This document shows, piece after piece, positions 24,232 to 36,565 of a stretch of DNA of 47,014 bases. Both the position numbers and the translations under genes were made by a program. The stretch is from Thraustochytrium aureum. Its lineage: Eukaryota. Location of the stretch: positions 1-47,014 of the forward strand of contig BLSG01000112.1 of NCBI GenBank assembly GCA_012862495.1, in the 5' to 3' direction. Every line of letters starts with the position of its first letter. The first letter of the stretch is position 1. The notes under the pieces are model-generated. The model was not told the origin of the DNA. It was given only the letters and a program-made list of their open reading frames with translations, and did not search any database.

Positions 24232-24378
24232 CTAGAAAAGGCACGGTGCCTGCAACTTGGTGCGGGCCGGGCCCTTGTCGACTTATTCTAGTAGCTGTAG
24301 ATGTTGGAAAATTTATTAATTTGACGCGTTGTACGGAGAGTAGGCAACCGTGCAGCCCCGAACTCGGCGAGTCCACAG

Positions 24379-25142
24379 TTAGACAAAGTTGACAAGCTGC
24401 TGCTCGCAAGCCGTGCCGTGGTAACCGCTGAAGCACTTGCAGGCACCGCGATCATAGTCGCACTGACCGCGACCCGAACACTCACGGCCGCTCTCACTGC
24501 CCCAGCCACCCATCGGGTCCTCGTCGGATGGGCATTCGACGATGCTGCAGTCGGGTCCGCGAAAACCCGCGTCGCACTTGCAGCCTGCCGAAATGCTTGC
24601 GTCCCATCCTGTGTATGAAAGTAGCAGTGGACTCCACTGCAAGGTTGTTGCTGCCACCACGTCAGCGACTAGTTCGCTGAGCAGCTTGCACTGGCCGCGT
24701 CCACTGCAGTCGTTGGGGCAGGATCTGCGGTTGCAGGCCTTGCCGGTAAACCCCGGCTGGCACTTGCAAACTCCTGTGGCCCGGTCGCACGTCCCGACGT
24801 TGGAGCACTCCACAACTTGCCCGTGATTGTCGTCTGCGTAAGGAAGCTGGTTGTACGCTACGCCGCTCGGGCAAGTCTTTCCGGAACAGTCTGGGTTTGT
24901 ATAGTCGTAAATCTCCTCCCCGTCCTCACTGCGGAGGAAGCATGTGCACGAGTCCTTCTTCGCGATGGCCTAACATATCCCAGCCCTGAAGCGGTTGGCT
25001 GAAACGGATTGGTGGGGGCGCTGCTGAACGTCGCCTTGTAGTTTGTGCACCGGCCATGGCCAGAGCACGAGTTGGGGCAAGCCGCGTCGGCAAAGCGCAG
25101 GCCGGCAACGCCAAGCACGAGGAGAGCAAGGATGCTCTTCAT
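24379..25142 (-). CDS. Secreted EGF-like Cys-rich tubular mastigoneme protein (Sig/Ocm family, short ~255 aa type)
   Basis: Signal peptide MKSILALLVLGVAGLRFADA. Motifs CPNSCSGHGRC, KKDSCTCF, DCSGKTCP, ECSNVGTCDRATGVCKC, CPNDCSGRGQC, WDA..CKCDAGFRGPDCS..ECPS..DP, GRECSGRGQCDY. One-base frameshift at about 24970-24974. Confidence 0.85.
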
Positions 25143-26377
25143 TGTTGTGGACGTTGTCCGCTGCGAGTCCCTCCTGCGCGTGCCTGGTACGTGCGTCCCT
25201 CTGGATTCTGCCAATCGGACGCGGCCTGGACGGATGTGCGTGGAATGGGGGTTGCTTGATGTTGGAGGTCTGCGCGCTTGCAGGTTTGGTGCTGCGTCGG
25301 TTACATGCCGAGCTAAGGCCAAGGTGCAGGGAGAAAATGACAAGTCGCTTTCCGCTCTCAGGCCGCAAGGGCGACCCGCAAAACGCTTCGCAATGCTTTT
25401 GCAGCTAGCCTCACAACGTTGCCGTTGGTGCGACGCCTTGGACTGTTATTTTCTTCTCCTCTCTGCAGTTAGACAGTTAGAGAGAGAGAGACAGCAAAGG
25501 TCAGTGACCCTTTTGCCCCCTTCTGGTGCCGGGTGGGTGGGAGACCAGAGGACGATGGCCTTCCTGGTTGGCAACCAGTCGTCGAGCTTCAGATAGGCAA
25601 CGGTCGCAACGGTCCTTTGGGTGNNNNNNNNNNNNNNNNNNNNNNNNNNNNNNNNNNNNNNNNNNNNNNNNNNNNNNNNNNNNNNNNNNNNNNNNNNNNN
25701 NNNNNNNNNNNNNNNNNNNNNNNNNNNNNNNNNNNNNNNNNNNNNNNNNNNNNNNNNNNNNNNNNNNNNNNNNNNNNNNNNNNNNNNNNNNNNNNNNNNN
25801 NNNNNNNNNNNCGCAACGGTCCTTTGGGTGGAGGGACAACGAATTCGCTCCTCATGCGTTGACTCATCAGAGTAATGTCCCCATTGGTCTCTGGCGCCTT
25901 TCAACGATACTCCGCCAAGGACGATCACCTTGCGCTTGACCCTTTTTGCGGGGCAGCCCGGTGACAGCCGTTGCAACGGTCCAAGCCAGGTTCACTGACG
26001 TTGGTACTACCGTGATTCTGATGACCTTGTGCTGGCAGGCTGGCTGGTGGTTTTTGGCGGTTTTAGCAACAGTAAGAATGAGCCTTCAAAGCTGGGAGCT
26101 ACTCAGGCCGATCATGAGAGCGACCCAACTCATTTGCTGTGTTGATTTTATTTATAAAAAAAGAAGCTGACTTTCCTCCGGCTTTACAGCTCCGCACTCG
26201 TTTGATTCTTGTGCAGGGAGCAGGGTGAAAGTTGCGATTCGCAAGGCCGGCTGCCAACGTGCAGTTTTTGCGAGCACCTCCTTGTAGCCGCCTTCTTTCT
26301 TTCCAAAGAATCCCAATCGAAGAATGACAAATCAAACCTTGGCGCTCTCAGTTCCAGGCCGTGCGCCGAACGGAGTT

Positions 26378-27499
26378 TCACGTTTCGGAAAGCTCGCGAT
26401 CTAAGAGCTTGAACAGCTCAGCCGCAATCTGACATGCATTCCCTAGGTGGCCAGCCAGCTCTGCAAGGGGGACGCTACCTGATTCTTGAATGGACGAACT
26501 GGAGATCTTGCCGTCTCTGGTGACGAGGACCGAAAGGGCACAATCGCTGCATAGCTCCTCTTGCTCGGAGACGTCGGCGACCATTGTCTGCGCAACCTTG
26601 AAGAGAGTGACGCGCATCGGAATAGCCGCGAGCAGGTCGTTCGGGAGGCGGACAGCCGCTGAGGTATCAGGATTTATCTCAAAGTCGAGGCCCTCCTCGC
26701 TTTCGACAGTCTTGGCGCTGGGTAGACGCACATTGCCGAGTGCAGCAAACACAGCCAGGGAAATCAAATCTGGCAGGTTGCCGTCTGAGCCAAGAACAAT
26801 TATATCCACGCTCAGCGACCACACGAACCGGTTGGGAACGATGTCCAGGAGCGGTTCCCTGCCGCGCAACATCTGGTCCACTTGACCTTGGACCTGGTCT
26901 TCCAGATTTCGAGCTAGTTCTCGAACACGACGCTGCGATGCATCCTCCTCGCGGGCTCCAAGCGAGGTGCAGTCGACGGAAATGTCTACGAGTGGCTTGA
27001 GGTTGTCCTCTGTGCGCTGAAGGTCGCGTACTTGCGCCTGTGTGCAAGCGTGCGTCCGGCCGACAGACCGACCGACCGACCGAGCGCTCAGTGTTAGCTT
27101 TGCCTGATTCGAGGCGCGATTAAGAGCTGCCTTGGCGAGAGGCCTCCCGCGCGACCAACATCCATCGCAGTGTCAAGTCAATCAGCGCACTTACCTTTAC
27201 GCCGACCAGAACTTTGGCAGCTGTATGCACACGCTCAATCAGCGTCGACCCGTTGCAAAACTCGACAACGCCTTGCTGGATGACCAAGTGGCGGAGGTCT
27301 AGTGCAGCGCGGCCGTCGTGCCGAACGCCCTGCCTCACCATGGCGCAGCCACAGGTCAGCGTTCCAAGCCTCTCTGAGCGCCACCCGCAGCACCACCAGC
27401 AGTGTTCAAGCGAAGCGCCGAGGCGGCCTGAGGGGCAGCACTTACCTCTGCGACGCTGCCCTCCACGAAGCGACGCTCGCCGACAGAGATGCGCGGCAT
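26378..27499 (-). CDS. RRP42: Exosome complex RNase PH-like subunit RRP42 (EXOSC7); exons 27499-27446, 27329-27195, 27037-26378
   Basis: Spliced product MPRISVGERRFVEGSVAE|GVRHDGR...VLVGVK|AQVRD...WSLSVDIIVLGSDGNLPDLISLAVFAALGNVRLP. Both introns are phase 0 and keep the frame. Confidence 0.85.
27038..27194 (-). other. Intron 2 of RRP42 (157 nt)
   Basis: GTAAGT donor, GCTAAC branch site, CACAG acceptor. Confidence 0.88.
27330..27445 (-). other. Intron 1 of RRP42 (116 nt)
   Basis: GTAAGT donor, GCTGAC branch site, GGCAG acceptor. Confidence 0.85.
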
Positions 27500-28964
27500 G
27501 CTTGCAGCGAGTCAGACCGCGCCGTCCGCACGAGGCGCGCAACAGGGCCGCAAAAGCCACGCCGAGCGCCCCCACCCCCTAAGGAGCCTCCTCGCTGTGC
27601 GTTGCCGGAAGCGCGGCGCCCCAATCCCTCCCCGTGCTCACTCGCTGGCAGATNNNNNNNNNNNNNNNNNNNNNNNNNNNNNNNNNNNNNNNNNNNNNNN
27701 NNNNNNNNNNNNNNNNNNNNNNNNNNNNNNNNNNNNNNNNNNNNNNNNNNNNNNNNNNNNNNNNNNNNNNNNNNNNNNNNNNNNNNNNNNNNNNNNNNNN
27801 NNNNNNNNNNNNNNNNNNNNNNNNNNNNNNNNNNNNNNNNNNNNNNNNNNNNNNNNNNNNNNNNNNNNNNNNNNNNNNNNNNNNNNNNNNNNNNNNNNNN
27901 NNNNNNNNNNNNNNNNNNNNNNNNNNNNNNNNNNNNNNNNNNNNNNNNNNNNNNNNNNNNNNNNNNNNNNNNNNNNNNNNNNNNNNNNNNNNNNNNNNNN
28001 NNNNNNNNNNNNNNNNNNNNNNNNNNNNNNNNNNNNNNNNNNNNNNNNNNNNNNNNNNNNNNNNNNNNNNNNNNNNNNNNNNNNNNNNNNNNNNNNNNNN
28101 NNNNNNNNNNNNNNNNNNNNNNNNNNNNNNNNNNNNNNNNNNNNNNNNNNNNNNNNNNNNNNNNNNNNNNNNNNNNNNNNNNNNNNNNNNNNNNNNNNNN
28201 NNNNNNNNNNNNNNNGCGCACGGCGGCGTTTCCTCGGCGCGCTGTCCGCTTCCAGACCGTTAGCAGCGGGAAAACACCACTCGAACTTTTTCCGAAGGAA
28301 GGACTCTACTAAGGAGTAAGCGAGTACCATGGTGCAGCTCCCCCAGCCCGGCCAGCCGGCCGAGTCCTGCAGGACCTGATCAGTGATCATGACAACCGAA
28401 GGTCTGGAGATGGCGAAGAGCCTGACGAAGAATGGCCTTGCGATGTTCATTCACGCGATACACCCGTGACAAAATCGTAGACAATCACCCGCGGGTCGAA
28501 AGAGCTGCACCGAGCAACCTCTTGGTGGAGCATCTGGAGATTGAGATTGAGATAACCAATCGAAGCCTGCGTTCCACAGCCAGCACTGGCCTAACGAAGC
28601 CTGCGTGCCCCAGCCAACAGCGGCCTCGACCACGAAGGGCCGAATCGTCTTGGTGGAGCGCGACAAGTTGCAGTGCGAAAGCACGTAGGAGTTCGTGGAT
28701 CGCCCATCAAGTCGACGGCGCTCACCGAGCCCCGCGGCGCGGCCAACCTGCCGCACGCGGAATGATTCTATTGATGTCCAAAGGAGAACGGTGTTTTCGT
28801 TTATTCTCGGCTGAAAGTAGGTAGAGCAGCAGACTACAGTTGATGGCGCGCCGTTCGCCTAGGCTTGAAATCCCTCAAGGTCCTGCGCCAGGCTCTCATG
28901 TTGCGAGAACCCCGCGCCGACACATGACGGAAAGCCCAGAGCGAGCGGCGCTCAACGTAGGCGT

Positions 28965-30458
<1,494 letters not shown>

Positions 30459-31638
30459 CTAACCGCCTGCGACCTTGCGCATAAGGGCGGCGGCTCCGCG
30501 GCGCGCACCCCAACGGCACCGCAAGCAGGCCCTGCAGAGGCTCCTGCGGTCCATAGCGCGCGGAATCCATCGATTACGGCCCTCCGCGTCCGTTGCGGCA
30601 GCGCACTTCCGTTGCCGCTCAAACGCAGCGCAGACTTGCCGGCAGCCTGCGCAGGGTCGCGTAACAAAGTGCCCGCCAGGGAGGATGGCGGCGACACCAC
30701 GCGACTCAAGCAGGCCTCGGGGATTCCCCTGCGTGCTGCGCGGCCCACAAGCGCGTGGCTCTCCGCGCCAAAAAACCGTCCCTGCCGCGCCCGCCTCTGC
30801 TGCGTTTGTGAGGCGCCGGGGCCCCCCTCACAGCGCCACAAGGTAAGTACTAGTGGAGCTACTACTAGTAGTAGTAGAAGCCTGAGGTGGGTCAATCCCT
30901 CCTGTGAGGCACACGAGCCTCTTTGTGTTTGAACTTTCGTTTTACTCTACTAGCTACGAGCAAGAAGTGTTCTGCCGCTTCTTTTGCGTTTTGAACTTTT
31001 GCTCGGAACTGCTTTTTCCTCTTGCCCTGAGAAGCGAGAGAGAGCGGGCGGGCGCATAACGAGCAAAGGNNNNNNNNNNNNNNNNNNNNNNNNNNNNNNN
31101 NNNNNNNNNNNNNNNNNNNNNNNNNNNNNNNNNNNNNNNNNNNNNNNNNNNNNNNNNNNNNNNNNNNNNNNNNNNNNNNNNNNNNNNNNNNNNNNNNNNN
31201 NNNNNNNNNNNNNNNNNNNNNNNNNNNNNNNNNNNNNNNNNNNNNNNNNNNNNNNNNNNNNNNNNNNNNNNNNNNNNNNNNNNNNNNNNNNNNNNNNNNN
31301 NNNNNNNNNNNNNNNNNNNNNNNNNNNNNNNNNNNNNNNNNNNNNNNNNNNNNNNNNNNNNNNNNNNNNNNNNNNNNNNNNNNNNNNNNNNNNNNNNNNN
31401 NNNNNNNNNNNNNNNNNNNNNNNNNNNNNNNNNNNNNNNNNNNNNNNNNNNNNNNNNNNNNNNNNNNNNNNNNNNNNNNNNNNNNNNNNNNNNNNNNNNN
31501 NNNNNNNNNNNNNNNNNNNNNNNNNNNNNNNNNNNNNNNNNNNNNNNNNNNNNNNNNNNNNNNNNNNNNNNNNNNNNNNNNNNNNNNNNNNNNNNNNNNN
31601 NNNNNNNNNNNNNNNNNNNNNNNNNNNNNNNNNNNNNN

Positions 31639-34595
31639 TAGAATGGGACGAGAACCTGGACGACCTTTGGAGCGAGTTTGAAGAGGAGGCCCCGCACCAA
31701 CCTGGACTGGGTGCCGCGCCTCTGGCTGCGTCTAGCCACAGCGGGCGGCCGCGCTCTCAGGACCGGGGCAACGGCGGATCGAGTTGCGTCGCTTCAAATA
31801 GCAAAGCCAGCACTCCGAGCGGGGACTGGGCAGAGAACGTGGGGGGCGCCAGGCCAGGTGAGACATGGCGGAGCTCGAGCAACGCCGCCGGGCAAGCAAG
31901 CACTTTCGGCCAAAGCCCGGCTCCCTATACCTTCTCCCGGGACGCGCCACAGACTGCATCCTGGAGCAATTCACCGAGCAGGAGCAGTGCACTCGATGTT
32001 GGCCGCTCCGGCGCAGTCCCTCTCCAGGCGAGCACGGCTCGGACGGGGCTTGCAGGTGGCGGCGCCCCAGCGTACGTGGCAGCTGCATCGTACCAGGAAA
32101 GTCGGCCCGGACCAACATCAGCGCCAGCTCCATACCGTTCGCCGGCTCCTCCGCAGGGCAGCAACAGGGGTGACCTGCCAGCGACTCACTTTGCCCCCGC
32201 GGCAAGGCGCGGGCCTCCGCGGACCGACGACTTTGCTGGCGCCACTGAGGACCGCGACCAACCCCACTCTGCTGCTGAGCTCCTCGCGATCGAAGACGAG
32301 CTTGAAGTGCGGACGCGCGGCAACTTTGACTGGGACAAGGTTTACGCGATCAACCGCGACGTGTTTCACCACGACCGGTTTCGGCCAGGGCAGCGCTCAG
32401 CCGTGCACGCCTCAGTGACGGGGCAAGACGCCTTCATCATCATGCCCACCGGAGGCGGCAAGAGCCTGTGTTATCAAGTTCCAGGCATGGCCACCCCTGG
32501 CGTCTCTGTCGTAATCTCGCCGCTCGTCTCGCTCATCCAGGACCAGGTCACCCAACTCAACGAATGCGGGGTCTCCGCGTCGTGCTTGATGGGGGGCACG
32601 TCGGGGGAGCACTACAAGGAGATCGCAAGCGCGCTCTTCCGCAACGAGCTAAAGTTCCTCTACGTGACACCAGAGAAGCTGGCCCAGAGCGGCTCGTTCG
32701 TCAACATGCTTGCCTCGCTCTACCAGCGCGGCCTTCTGGGGCGCTTTGTCATCGACGAGGCCCACTGCGTCAGCCAATGGGGCCACGACTTTCGCAACGA
32801 CTACCTCAAGCTCGGCGCGCTGCGCTCGCAGTTCCCCGATGCGCCCATCATCGCTTTGACGGCAACCGCGACGCGACTCGTGACTTCGGACGTCGTGGAC
32901 GTCTTGCGCCTGCGAGCGCCTCGCCTGGTCAAGCTCAGCTTTAATCGGCCCAACTTGGTGTACCGCGTCGCGAAGAAGACCACGTTCAAGGCCACGCTCG
33001 AGAAGGTCGTCCGCTACATTTCCTCCCGGGAGCGCCGCGGGCAATGCGGGATCGTGTACTGCTACTCGCGCCGCGAGACCGAAGAGGTGGCGAACGAGCT
33101 CGCTTCCCAACTCGGCCAGCAGGCCGTCACCTTCTATCACGCCGGGATCGAAGACCCGCAGGAGAAGCAGCGCCGCCAGTCGCTCTGGTCCGACAACAAG
33201 GTGCGCGTGATCGTGGCCACTATCGCCTTTGGGATGGGCATCAACAAGCCCGACGTGCGCTACGTCATCCACTTTAGCCTGCCCAAGACCATTACCAACC
33301 TGTACCAGGAGTCGGGGCGCGCCGGCCGCGACGGCCAGCCAGCCGAGTGCCTCCTCTACTTTTCCTTCAACGACCGACGCAAGATCGAAAAGATGATTCG
33401 CAAGGACGTCCCGGGCTCGTCGCAGCGCAAGCTCCAGCTACAGCTGAAAAACCTGGCGGACATCACCGCATATTGCCTCAACGAGGTGGACTGCCGGCGC
33501 TCACTGATCTGCGGCCACTTTGGGGAAATCTTTGCGCAAGCAGAGTGCAGGCAGACATGCGACAACTGCGAGCGCCTCCACGGCCGCGCTTGTGCCAAGG
33601 TAGACCTTTCTGGTCCTGCCAAGGACGCGCTGTCCATCCTTGCTGCCCTCGAGCCTGCGAAACGCGTCACGATGAACGCACTCGTAAAAACGCTCAAAGG
33701 CGGGGCAGGGGGCATCTCGAAGGCCGCGCGCAAGGGTGCGCTCAAGGCGTGGAAGCTCGACGACATCACCCGGCTCGTGCAGGAGATGACGCTGCGCCGC
33801 TTCTTGGACGAATACGAGACAAACGACTCGCACTCAAAGTTCCAGCACATCTACATTCGCAAGGGCCCAGCTGCGGACGCGCTGCTCTCCGGCGCCGAGT
33901 CGTTCGTAGTCACACGAGCAGAGTCGGTCGGCTCGGCAGGCAGGAGCTCGCCCGCGCGCGCCGGCGCTGCTGCTGCGGCTGGGCCAACGACGAGCCCTCA
34001 CTTCGCAGGCGATGGCGCTGCGGCCTCGCGGACGCTGCTCGCCGATCTTGCGTTTGAGCCTGAGTCGAGGGACTCTGAGGCCTCGCAGGTCGATGCTTCG
34101 GGAGGCGCGCGACGCAATGCCCTCCGATTCGGCGCGGATAGCGATGACGACTTGGCCTACAGCCGCGGTCAGCGCAAGCGCCGCGCCGCGTCTGCGCCCA
34201 CGCCAGAACCAACCCCGCGCTCCAGAACGCGCGGGGGGCTGTCATCGCCACAGCCAAGCAGACCAGTCGCTCTCCAGCGCTGCCCGAGCGTGCACTTTGC
34301 TGGCTTGCTTGAAGAGCTCCGGCGGCTACGGGAGGACTTGGCAGCGAAAGCTGGCAAGCGGTTCCACGCGGACCAGGTCCTCAGGGCGGACGCGCTGGAG
34401 CTCATCGCGCGCCACGTCCCACTCACCACAACACAGCTTGCGATCATCCCGGGCGTCGGCGACTCCAAGGCAAAGGCCCTTGGCGGCCAGGTCTTTCGGA
34501 CGGTGTTCTCGTTCTTTCGCAGGGTCGGTGTGTCGTGCGCAGAGCTGCCGCCGTTCACGCTCGTGGCGCCTACCGTTGTTGCGCTGGACGCGTAA
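31639..34595 (+). CDS. RecQ-family DNA helicase (BLM/Sgs1-like); start in gap
   Basis: Motifs MPTGGGKSLCYQ, DEAHCVSQWGHDFR, ALTATAT, ATIAFGMGINKPDVRYVIH, YQESGRAGRDG. Also an RQC Zn site (CRR...CRQTCDNC) and a C-terminal HRDC-like segment (IPGVGDSKAKALG). Confidence 0.95.
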
Positions 34596-34835
34596 ACGGT
34601 GTGGCTGACCACCGCGGTCTGCGGGCTAGAGTCTGCACGAGCAGTCGAGGACGCCAAGCTCGCTCAAACAGAGCACAACTGTTATCGTGCGCGAACGGAG
34701 AGCAAAGGCGAACGGGCACTTGCAGCAACGCAATTGTGCTCGCTTTAAATCGCTCTTCGAGCCACTTGTCCCTTGCTTCCTCCCGCCATCATGGTTCAGA
34801 AAACAACTTTACAATCTGTGTAATTAAAAGAAAGA

Positions 34836-35561
34836 CTACAGTTCAAGGCCCTGCAGTTCAAGGCCGCCGCGCAATGATTGCGTTGCACAGACCACAAGAC
34901 CCAGAACCCAGGGTCTCACTTGCGTCAACAGGCTGCCCGGCTTGGCTAAACAACTCTGCCGGCCCTCAAACAGAGATCCAAGCGACACACCTGTGCACGA
35001 AAGCGTCAAGGCGCGAAGAAAGACCAGGAACTCTGGGGGGTACGTCCAAATGCTCATGATGAGAAACAGAGCTTTAGCAAAGCTCCCGAGCAAGGCCGCC
35101 CGAACAAACATCGCGGCATCTTGCGCTGCACTATCCTCGGGGCTCTGGCCCGGCTCAAGTCGCTTCGAAGTAAGAAACATCGCCGCGAGCCCCAGCCCGA
35201 TCGACGCGGAGACAGAGACGGCCGCATCCCACATCAGCTGGCCGACCAAGTGAAGCCCAACCTCGTCAGGGTCCCTGTAGTACATGCGAATGTAAAACTC
35301 AAGCAGTACGTTGAACATGGACGCCCACCAAAGCTTGAACGTTGGCCGCTCTTCTTCGGAGCGGTTGAAGAGGACGTGGCGGTAGGCGCTTCGCTTGTGC
35401 AGGAGCAGGTCGCAAGCGACCAGCAGGTCTTCGTACTCGACGTACTTGTCCACAACTCGGCCGCAGGCCACGCATCTGTTCAATTTGATGTTGCCTGGGC
35501 TAAACTCTGTAAAGGCACCAAACCCGGGCTCTTGCAGCGCGCCGCATTCTACGCAGCGCAT
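34836..35561 (-). CDS. ARV1: ARV1 family ER membrane protein
   Basis: Arv1 homology domain MRCVECG...IKLNRCVACGRVVDKYVEYE..DLLLHKRSAYRHVLFN, followed by TM segments. Confidence 0.92.
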   Translation of the reverse strand: MRCVECGALQEPGFGAFTEFSPGNIKLNRCVACGRVVDKYVEYEDLLVACDLLLHKRSAYRHVLFNRSEEERPTFKLWWASMFNVLLEFYIRMYYRDPDEVGLHLVGQLMWDAAVSVSASIGLGLAAMFLTSKRLEPGQSPEDSAAQDAAMFVRAALLGSFAKALFLIMSIWTYPPEFLVFLRALTLSCTGVSLGSLFEGRQSCLAKPGSLLTQVRPWVLGLVVCATQSLRGGLELQGLEL

Positions 35562-36565
35562 GGCAACCACGACCGCCTGGCACACAGCACACGCGGACAC
35601 GCCGGGAAGGGCGCTCGCAAAAACTCTGTGGTGACACCGCCAACTAAGACAAGCAAAGCCTTCGGAGGAGGCCTGCGAGGCCCTGCAGACGGAAGAGAGG
35701 CGCAGGCCGGTGNNNNNNNNNNNNNNNNNNNNNNNNNNNNNNNNNNNNNNNNNNNNNNNNNNNNNNNNNNNNNNNNNNNNNNNNNNNNNNNNNNNNNNNN
35801 NNNNNNNNNNNNNNNNNNNNNNNNNNNNNNNNNNNNNNNNNNNNNNNNNNNNNNNNNNNNNNNNNNNNNNNNNNNNNNNNNNNNNNNNNNNNNNNNNNNN
35901 NNNNNNNNNNNNNNNNNNNNNNNNNNNNNNNNNNNNNNNNNNNNNNNNNNNNNNNNNNNNNNNNNNNNNNNNNNNNNNNNNNNNNNNNNNNNNNNNNNNN
36001 NNNNNNNNNNNNNNNNNNNNNNNNNNNNNNNNNNNNNNNNNNNNNNNNNNNNNNNNNNNNNNNNNNNNNNNNNNNNNNNNNNNNNNNNNNNNNNNNNNNN
36101 NNNNNNNNNNNNNNNNNNNNNNNNNNNNNNNNNNNNNNNNNNNNNNNNNNNNNNNNNNNNCAGTAGGCCTTCAGGCGCACATACACGTGCTCTAAGAAGC
36201 TAGTGCTAGCTGGTCTGGAGACAGTACTTGAGTAGGCTTTCTCCATCGGCCAACCGTATTCGTTCGTCTCTGATTGAGAACGTGGTCTTCGAGAAGCACG
36301 CGTGTGCCCAGGACCACCAACCACCATGCTGACTGGCTCACGGGACAGGTTCCTCTGAGAGGTTGGTTCGTGGCTCGCCCGCCCCGCGGTCCGGCCACCC
36401 TACCGCCACCCACGCTGGATCGAGCTTGGCGCATCCCCGAAACGAAACAAGGACAACAGGGCGCTGACTTCGCAAACGATGCTGAGCAGCGAGTTTCATT
36501 CACTTCGTTGGTTTGTTGGTCAACAATTTGAGTAGTTCAGGGTCACTAGCTAGCTACTGTAGCTT

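Noticed and set aside
24300..24325. TGTTGGAA resembling a copia LTR start
   Set aside because: No adjacent polypurine tract and no second LTR copy. It lies in the AT-rich 3' region of the mastigoneme gene.
25835..25875. CTGATGAGTC on the minus strand resembling a hammerhead ribozyme core
   Set aside because: No closing stem II followed by GAAA (it reads GAGCGAAT), and no flanking stems were found.
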